Assembly (NCBI GenBank): GCA_963783375.1
Contig: CAWANH010000028.1
Span: forward strand, 1,120,001-1,184,000
Origin: Candidatus Eiseniibacteriota bacterium
GTDB lineage: Bacteria; Eisenbacteria; RBG-16-71-46; JABDJR01
Direction of reading: 5' to 3'
Length of the DNA stretch: 64,000 nucleotides
A program made the translations under genes and the position numbers. This document shows, piece after piece, positions 57,871-64,000 of this stretch (positions within the stretch are counted from its first letter, which is position 1; each line of letters starts with the position of its first letter). The notes beneath the pieces were generated by a model. It did no database searches. It saw only the letters and a list, made by a program, of their open reading frames with translations, and was not told the origin of the DNA.

Positions 57871-59175
57871 ATGGCGCGCGCGTTCGCGGCGCTCCTGGTC
57901 GCGTGGGTCATGGCCGGCTCCGGAGCCCCGGCGGAGGGCGCCGCGCCCCCGGACACGCTCGGCCGGGGGAGCCTCCTGGAGCGGCTCCAGCGGGAGGACC
58001 AGGGTTTCTACCCCGAGGAGTCCCTGGACTTCGACCGCTCCCTCGCCGACTCCGGCATGGCGGCCCTCGATTCGCTGGGGTTCAAGGCGTTCGCGCGGGA
58101 ATCGGCCCGTCGCCGGCGCGCGTTCGCCCTGGAGCTGGGACCGGCTCATGAACTCGTGAGCTACAACCGGGTCGAGGGAACGGTGGCGGCCCTGGGCGCC
58201 TCGGTCCGCACCCCGCTCGGGTTCGGAACGTTCCTCGATCTGGAAGCGGGCTACGCCGCCGCCTCCGAGCGCCTCCGCCACCGCGAGGGGCTCCGCGTTC
58301 CGGTGGCCCCGGCCCGGCGCGGGCCGGAGATCATCCTGGGCTTCGCGGACCGGGTCGTTCCCTACGGATCCAACCGTCCCACCGCCAACAGCCTTCGCGC
58401 CCTGGTGGGCTCGGCCGACGACCAGGACTACCTGGAGCGGCGCGGCGGCTGGGGGGGGCTGGCCTGGGAGGGATCCCCGGTGGGAGCGGTGCGCGTCCGG
58501 TACCAGGCTTCGAAGGAGATCCCGGTGGCCGCGCACACCGACTTCGCCCTGTTCGGGAACCCCCGGCTCATGGGCCCGAACGCGCCGGTGGACGCGGGGA
58601 TCGACCGGGCGGTGGAGGCGCGGGCGGATCGCGGCTCGTTGATGAGCGGCCGGAACCGGATCGCCCTCGGCGGGCGGGTGGCCGGGGGGGGGCTGGGGGG
58701 CGGCTTCACCTACACGCGATTCGACGCCGAGGCGGGAATCCGCCGTTATCTCCTCTTCAACCAGGAGATGATTCTCGAGGCGGGGTACGTCCGGACCGGG
58801 GGGGCGCCGCCGCTCCAGCGCCTGGCCGACGTGGGGGGACTCTCCACGGTGCGGGGGTTCGATCGCCGGACACGGGTGGGGCGCGAGTCCGTTCACGCGC
58901 GGGCCGAGCTTCTGCTTCCCTACGACGTCTTCGGGGCCACCGGGATCCCGGGGATCCGTACCGCCCGGATCCAGCTCGTCCCCTGGGCGGACGCGGGCCG
59001 GGTCTGGCGCGGGAACGGGGACGCGTGGCTCGCCGCGGCCGGGCTCGGCCTGCAACGCTACCTCGGTCCCTTCGGCGAGGGTTCCTACCTGAGACTCGAC
59101 GCCGCGGTCCCCCTGGGGCCCGACCGCCCCGGGGACCTGAGCTTCTACCTGCGGTTCGCCCGGGGCCTCTTCTGA
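57871..59175 (+). CDS. Outer-membrane beta-barrel (BamA/TamA-like / DUF5686 C-terminal part)
   Basis: Signal peptide, YNRVEG, GG.STVRGF, DAG.VW, terminal GLF. Confidence 0.75.
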   Translation: MARAFAALLVAWVMAGSGAPAEGAAPPDTLGRGSLLERLQREDQGFYPEESLDFDRSLADSGMAALDSLGFKAFARESARRRRAFALELGPAHELVSYNRVEGTVAALGASVRTPLGFGTFLDLEAGYAAASERLRHREGLRVPVAPARRGPEIILGFADRVVPYGSNRPTANSLRALVGSADDQDYLERRGGWGGLAWEGSPVGAVRVRYQASKEIPVAAHTDFALFGNPRLMGPNAPVDAGIDRAVEARADRGSLMSGRNRIALGGRVAGGGLGGGFTYTRFDAEAGIRRYLLFNQEMILEAGYVRTGGAPPLQRLADVGGLSTVRGFDRRTRVGRESVHARAELLLPYDVFGATGIPGIRTARIQLVPWADAGRVWRGNGDAWLAAAGLGLQRYLGPFGEGSYLRLDAAVPLGPDRPGDLSFYLRFARGLF

Positions 59176-59318
59176 ACCACCGCGCGGAAGGGGTGAGCCG
59201 GTTCCGGTTCCCGATTCAAAGGGTGAGGGGCGGACGCTCACGGCGCCCGCCCCCCACGGATTGATTCGGTTCGTTCGACGCCGCGCCTCGTTTCATCGAA
59301 ACGCGGATCGGCCGGCGC

Positions 59319-62300
59319 CTACCGCACCAGCATGACCTTCTTGACCATCTGCTTTTCCCCGGCCCGGATCCGGTAGAAGTACATCCCGTTGGGGAGGGTG
59401 CGGCCGTTCTGGTCCCGGCCGTCCCACTGGATCGAGCCGTTGCCGTCGATCACCAGATCGTTGAGGCTCCGCACGCGCCGTCCCAGCACGGTGTAGATCT
59501 CCACCGTCACCGGCGCGCCCGCGGCCAGCCCCAGCACCCCGCCGTCGGCGGTTCCCGGGATGACCTCCTGGTCCCCCGGCTGCCCGGTCTCGTTGGACGG
59601 GTCCTGGTCCGGGTTCGATCCGTCGACGAAGTTCTCCCGGTCGTCGCCCCCCGCGCCGCCGTCGGTGATCACCAGCGGCACGCCGAGCCCCAGGATGTTC
59701 GACGCCAGGTAGTCGGTGCCGTCCGTCGCGGTGTAGTGGACGCCGATCTGGTTCTTGCCGGTCGAGGTCTTCCGGAGCGACCGCACCGCCGCCGCGTCAT
59801 AGGTCACCTCGAGGTCCAGCAACCCGTTCCGGTCCCCGTCCACCACCCGGGTCGAGGTCGGCCGAAGCGCCGCCACCTGGTTCCCCAGGTAGATCTGCCG
59901 CTCCGGGAGCCCCGTCGCGTCGAAGCCCGCCGTGGACGGCACCAGCACGGTCACCCACGTGGCCGAGGGATCGAACCCCCCGCCGTCCGCGGTGAACCCG
60001 GCGCAGGGGATCGCCCCGCCCGACTGGTCGTGAGGCACGCGCACGCACACCGTCGTCGTCGAGTCGTTCCCCGACATGTCCATCGCGGTGTAGGTGATCG
60101 TGTACTTGCGGCCGTTCCCGCCGCCCTGCCGCTCCGAGCGGAGGGAGAACGTGGTGTCCGGCGTCCCGAAGTCCGCGTCCTGGATGTCGTTGGGGAAGTT
60201 CCCGTCCCCGATGCCGTTGTCCGGCTCGTTGCTCACGATGGACACCAGCACGAAGGTCGGGTTCGGGTCGCAGACGTCGGTCACCGTGACCGAGGACTGG
60301 ATGGCCGACATCTTGTGGTTCGGCGGCCACAGGACGTCCCGGTCCAGGCTCACCGTGAGATCCGGCGGTGTGGTGTCCACCACCGTCACCGTGGCCGTGC
60401 AGCTGTCCACGTTCCCGTCGTCGTCGGTGCCGTAGAAGGTCACCGGGGTGGCCCCCAGCCCGAAGTAGTCCGGAGCGTTGTCGGTGATCACCGGGTTGGG
60501 GTCGCACGTGTCCAGCGCGGAGACCCCGGCGAAGAACGCGGTGAGCTGGGGATCGGTCCTGGGGGTCCCCATGTGCGAGGTGCACTCCACCGTGGTGTCC
60601 GGCGGACAGGTCACCACCGGGGGGGTGGTGTCCACCACCGTGATGTCCACGGTGTCGGTGTCCTGCTCCAGGCCGTCCGACACGGTCAGGGTCACCGTGG
60701 TGGTCCCCATGGGGAACTGGCCGGTCGGGGTCGCCGAGTGGTTGTCGTCGAAGGTGATTCCGGTCGCGTTCCAGGTGTAGGTGAGCGCGTCGCCGTCGGC
60801 GTCCGAGGATCCGGTGCCGTCGAGCTGGACCGCGGTGGTCGTGTAGGACGCGCACTCCACCGTGGGCTGGTCGGGACCGGCGTCGGCCACCGGCGGGGTG
60901 TTCACGGTCACCGCGAAGTTCTCACCCAGGTAGGGCCCGGTGGCCGGACCCTGGATGTTGCTCCCCTCCACCGCCCAGAGCATCTGGTGCCCGGAGGCGA
61001 GCAGGGTCTGGAGCTGGGTGTTGGTGAGCGAAGCGGAAGTGGACCCCGTGGGAATCGACAGCACCTTGGCGAAGGTGTTGGCGTTGTAGAACACCAGGGT
61101 ATAGGCGTCCCCGGTGTAGGACGAGGGGCACCCGACCCGGCCGGTCCAGCTGAAGTTCGCGTTCCCCGAGGAAACGATGGTGTTCGGGGCCGGGCTGTTC
61201 AGGGTGGGACCCACCTGGTGGTCCGAGGCGATCCCGCCGTAGGCCAGGTCCTGCTGGTTGGTGAGCCCCGCGCGGAGGAGGCCCCATCCGCCGGAGAGGG
61301 TGGTGACGTTGGTGTTCTTCAAGATATTGAAGATCGTCTGATCCGAGATCGATACGTTGTCCCGGCCGTCGGAGATCGTGTCCTCCAGGTCCCAGAGCAT
61401 GCGTTGCACCGCAAGCTCGTTGTCCTCGCCGCGGCCGTTGTTGTCCTGGGTGTCGAGGCCGTAGGAGAAATTGCTCTCCCCGGTGTCGGCGTAGATCGCG
61501 TCCCCCACCCGGGGAACGTTGAGGGAGGACAGCCCCTGGAGCACCTGGGCCGAGGTCCCGAAGAAGGTGGGCCATCCCTCGCCCCAGGCCAGCCGGACGC
61601 CCTCGCTCTTGCTGCCGTGGACGTTGGCGATGCAGTCCCCGATGTTGTGGGGTCCGCCGGGGTTGTTCTCGAAGTTGAAGGTGTCCTGGACGTAGTGGCT
61701 GTACTCGTGGAACATGACGTCCCAGTCCCACTGGTCGCCGGGACGGAGGTTGATGCGGCTACCGTTGTAGTTGGCGGATCCGGTGTCCCCCGGCCATTCC
61801 AGCCGGATGTGCCCCAGGAACGAGTTGCCGTTCTTGAGCGCGGTGTAGTTGGCCATCCAGGTGGCGCCGGTCAAGAGCCCGGCCGCCGGCCCGGTGCCGG
61901 TGTTGGCGGCGGTGAAGTTCTCGATGATCACCGCGTTGTCGGACACGTCGTCGTGGGTCGGCGAATCGGCCTGGTAGGCGTCGTGGAAGACGCCCTGGTT
62001 CTCGATCGACACCGCGCCGTTCCCGGTCCGGAACCGGACGAAGATGTCCCGTCCGCCCTGGCCGATCCCGTCGTCGTTGTTCACCACGAAGTTGTAGTTC
62101 CCGTCGGGTCCGGTAATCAAGTCCGCCACCAGGTCGGAGCCGATCAGCTCATCGTCCCGGACCTCGACGTGCATCCCGTAGCAGGGATGGCTCAGGCCGT
62201 TCTCGTCCAGCCAGCTCACGTTCCCCTGCACGGTGACGTTTCCGGCCGGGGAGACCGGCTCGGCCTGAAGCGGTTGCTCGTCGCCGGCATAGGCGGGCGG

Positions 62301-62954
62301 AGGAGCCGAGCTCATCAGGTTCGGAACCGGGTTCACCGACGAACGCAGTCCCGGGTCGCTGTCGAACTGCGCGGGAATCTCGGTGACTTCCTTGAGTTGC
62401 GACTTGGCCTCCTCCACGGTCAACGCCCCGGACTGGTAGCCGTCCTGGACGTCCTGGATCTCCAGGTTGAGGAAGCTCCCCATCCCGGCCAGGCTGCGGT
62501 CGGGGCGGAGGATGGCGTAGAAGCCTTCGGTCCGCTCTCCGTTCGTCCCCGCCGAGGCCTCGTCGGCGATCGCCCGCACCAGCACCTCGGCCTTGCCCTG
62601 GGCGGTGTAGCGCACGGGAACCTGGAAGGTGATGGAACCGCCCGCGGAGACCGACCCCAGGTCGAAGGAGGCGGGTCCGAGCAGCTCGACCGGCCCCTGG
62701 GTGAAGAGCGATACCTGGAAGGCGTCGAAGTCGGCGTCGGCGTCGATGGATCCCTCCAGGGTCACCGTCGCTCCGGGAGCGATCGCATTCGCGGGTGCGG
62801 AAAGGGTGATCCCGTAGGGGACGCCGATGCTTGCCGTACAGATGTAGGGGTCGGCGTCCGACGGAGCGGGCGGCCCGGCAAAGGCCGCCGGGGCCGCGGC
62901 GATCGCGGCGCCCGCGAAGAGCAGGCACAGAAATCGTGACCTGGGGTGCAGCAT
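59319..62954 (-). CDS. Large secreted multidomain protein: zincin-like HEYSH domain, PKD, HYR-like, WPPNHK domain, FlgD-Ig C-terminus
   Basis: AGGAGG RBS, signal peptide, FHEYSH..AW.EGW, PVADAGPD/LDGTGSSD.DG, DTTPP repeats, WDGRD..G..L..G.YFYR. Confidence 0.85.
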   Translation of the reverse strand: MLHPRSRFLCLLFAGAAIAAAPAAFAGPPAPSDADPYICTASIGVPYGITLSAPANAIAPGATVTLEGSIDADADFDAFQVSLFTQGPVELLGPASFDLGSVSAGGSITFQVPVRYTAQGKAEVLVRAIADEASAGTNGERTEGFYAILRPDRSLAGMGSFLNLEIQDVQDGYQSGALTVEEAKSQLKEVTEIPAQFDSDPGLRSSVNPVPNLMSSAPPPAYAGDEQPLQAEPVSPAGNVTVQGNVSWLDENGLSHPCYGMHVEVRDDELIGSDLVADLITGPDGNYNFVVNNDDGIGQGGRDIFVRFRTGNGAVSIENQGVFHDAYQADSPTHDDVSDNAVIIENFTAANTGTGPAAGLLTGATWMANYTALKNGNSFLGHIRLEWPGDTGSANYNGSRINLRPGDQWDWDVMFHEYSHYVQDTFNFENNPGGPHNIGDCIANVHGSKSEGVRLAWGEGWPTFFGTSAQVLQGLSSLNVPRVGDAIYADTGESNFSYGLDTQDNNGRGEDNELAVQRMLWDLEDTISDGRDNVSISDQTIFNILKNTNVTTLSGGWGLLRAGLTNQQDLAYGGIASDHQVGPTLNSPAPNTIVSSGNANFSWTGRVGCPSSYTGDAYTLVFYNANTFAKVLSIPTGSTSASLTNTQLQTLLASGHQMLWAVEGSNIQGPATGPYLGENFAVTVNTPPVADAGPDQPTVECASYTTTAVQLDGTGSSDADGDALTYTWNATGITFDDNHSATPTGQFPMGTTTVTLTVSDGLEQDTDTVDITVVDTTPPVVTCPPDTTVECTSHMGTPRTDPQLTAFFAGVSALDTCDPNPVITDNAPDYFGLGATPVTFYGTDDDGNVDSCTATVTVVDTTPPDLTVSLDRDVLWPPNHKMSAIQSSVTVTDVCDPNPTFVLVSIVSNEPDNGIGDGNFPNDIQDADFGTPDTTFSLRSERQGGGNGRKYTITYTAMDMSGNDSTTTVCVRVPHDQSGGAIPCAGFTADGGGFDPSATWVTVLVPSTAGFDATGLPERQIYLGNQVAALRPTSTRVVDGDRNGLLDLEVTYDAAAVRSLRKTSTGKNQIGVHYTATDGTDYLASNILGLGVPLVITDGGAGGDDRENFVDGSNPDQDPSNETGQPGDQEVIPGTADGGVLGLAAGAPVTVEIYTVLGRRVRSLNDLVIDGNGSIQWDGRDQNGRTLPNGMYFYRIRAGEKQMVKKVMLVR

Positions 62955-63218
62955 GGGGGGATTCCTCCTGGATGGTGTGGGTTCCCGGCGGCGAAGTGCG
63001 GTCACCACCGGAACCCTTATCAAATCAGATCAGAACGGTATTTTGCAAGTCTATTCAATTTCTCTGCAAATCCAGGCCATTTCAGTGCTTCGGCTTGTCG
63101 CGGAGTCTCCGGTCCAACTCGAATTTCCAACCCGCACTCGGTCTCATCGTCACGGAAACCCTTGGATTTCCAGTCGGTTGTGTGACTTGAGGATCTCATC
63201 GGGCCGTCCGGATCCGAC

Positions 63219-63971
63219 TCAAGCTTTCCCGGGTGATGATTGTGCAAGAAACTTCTTGCGTCTCCGCCCCCGCAGGGCCCCATGCACCCCGAGGGCCGGA
63301 CCGAGGAGGAAATAGACGAGCCCCGACCAGGGGGTCGCCGCGGCGCCTCCCACCGCGGCGAGGAGGATCGACGACGCGGCCACCCCCACGAAGACCAGGT
63401 GGTACTGGATGCTGGTGCGGGTGTCGTAGGTCTCCACCGGGTCGAGATCGAGGTCGCGACGCCGGCGGTAGGCGTGGACGTAGAGCAGGGCGAAGACCGC
63501 GAAGACGGCCAGGAACCCCGATGAGTAGATGACCATGAGGGGGACGCTCTGGCCGGGGGTGATCAGGATGCGTCCCGCCGACACGCTCCCCGGCCCGAAG
63601 AGCTGCTGAACGACCAGGGTGAACAGGAACTTGAGCGGGTAGACGTAGAAGAGCACCACGAAGAGGAGCACCGCGTTCAGGGTCACCGTGAACCGGTCCT
63701 CCAGGCCGTAGCGACGGAAGAAGACGTAGTGGGAGTGCCAGATGAGGATGAGGAGGGCGAAGGAGAGGCCGAAGGCGGGAAAGGTGCGCATGGTGTCGAG
63801 GAGCTGGTCGAAGGAGGTCGGCACCTCGAGCGAGACCACCAGGAGGGTGACCGCGAAGCCGAAGACCGCGTCGCTCAGCCCCTCGATCCGGGAGACGTCC
63901 CCCCCGCGCCAGCGGAACCCGCTCTCGCTTCCCATCCCGCGCTCCAGGGCCCGCTCACGCAATGCTCGCAC
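63219..63971 (-). CDS. TMEM175 family (DUF1211) K+ channel
   Basis: RIEGLSDAVFGFAVTLL, W..H..FF; GAGGAGG RBS. Confidence 0.88.
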   Translation of the reverse strand: MRALRERALERGMGSESGFRWRGGDVSRIEGLSDAVFGFAVTLLVVSLEVPTSFDQLLDTMRTFPAFGLSFALLILIWHSHYVFFRRYGLEDRFTVTLNAVLLFVVLFYVYPLKFLFTLVVQQLFGPGSVSAGRILITPGQSVPLMVIYSSGFLAVFAVFALLYVHAYRRRRDLDLDPVETYDTRTSIQYHLVFVGVAASSILLAAVGGAAATPWSGLVYFLLGPALGVHGALRGRRRKKFLAQSSPGKA

Positions 63972-64000
63972 GGTTTCCTCCTCGGGGGCTCATTCCGTCT

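Overview
GC-rich bacterial chromosome segment. Two secreted proteins with FlgD-Ig C-terminal domains and a DUF5686-like pair suggest a diderm FCB-group lineage such as Ca. Eisenbacteria, Krumholzibacteriota or Latescibacterota (inference). The standout is a translationally coupled operon at 1-8821. It holds a partial multiheme cytochrome c (16 CxxCH visible), a giant ~1934-aa cytochrome with ~76 CxxCH built from 22 tandem ~74-aa tri-heme repeats (interrupted by two compensating 1-nt indels), and an outer-membrane beta-barrel. Together these make a candidate porin-cytochrome electron conduit with a repeat-expanded wire. Elsewhere lie a 7-heme OmcS-like cytochrome (25449-26594), a Bd0055-type bacterial histone (53238-53432), divergent senA/senB selenoneine genes plus a frameshifted egtB, a Cys-less thiolase with a Zn-ligand-less DUF35 partner, a non-canonical Rieske protein, two K+ channels and a palindromic REP-like repeat family. 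The rest is housekeeping, transport and secreted hydrolase genes. No tRNA, rRNA, CRISPR array or transposase was recognised. Several single-base indels suggest long-read consensus errors. All calls are from manual motif reading; no searches were run.
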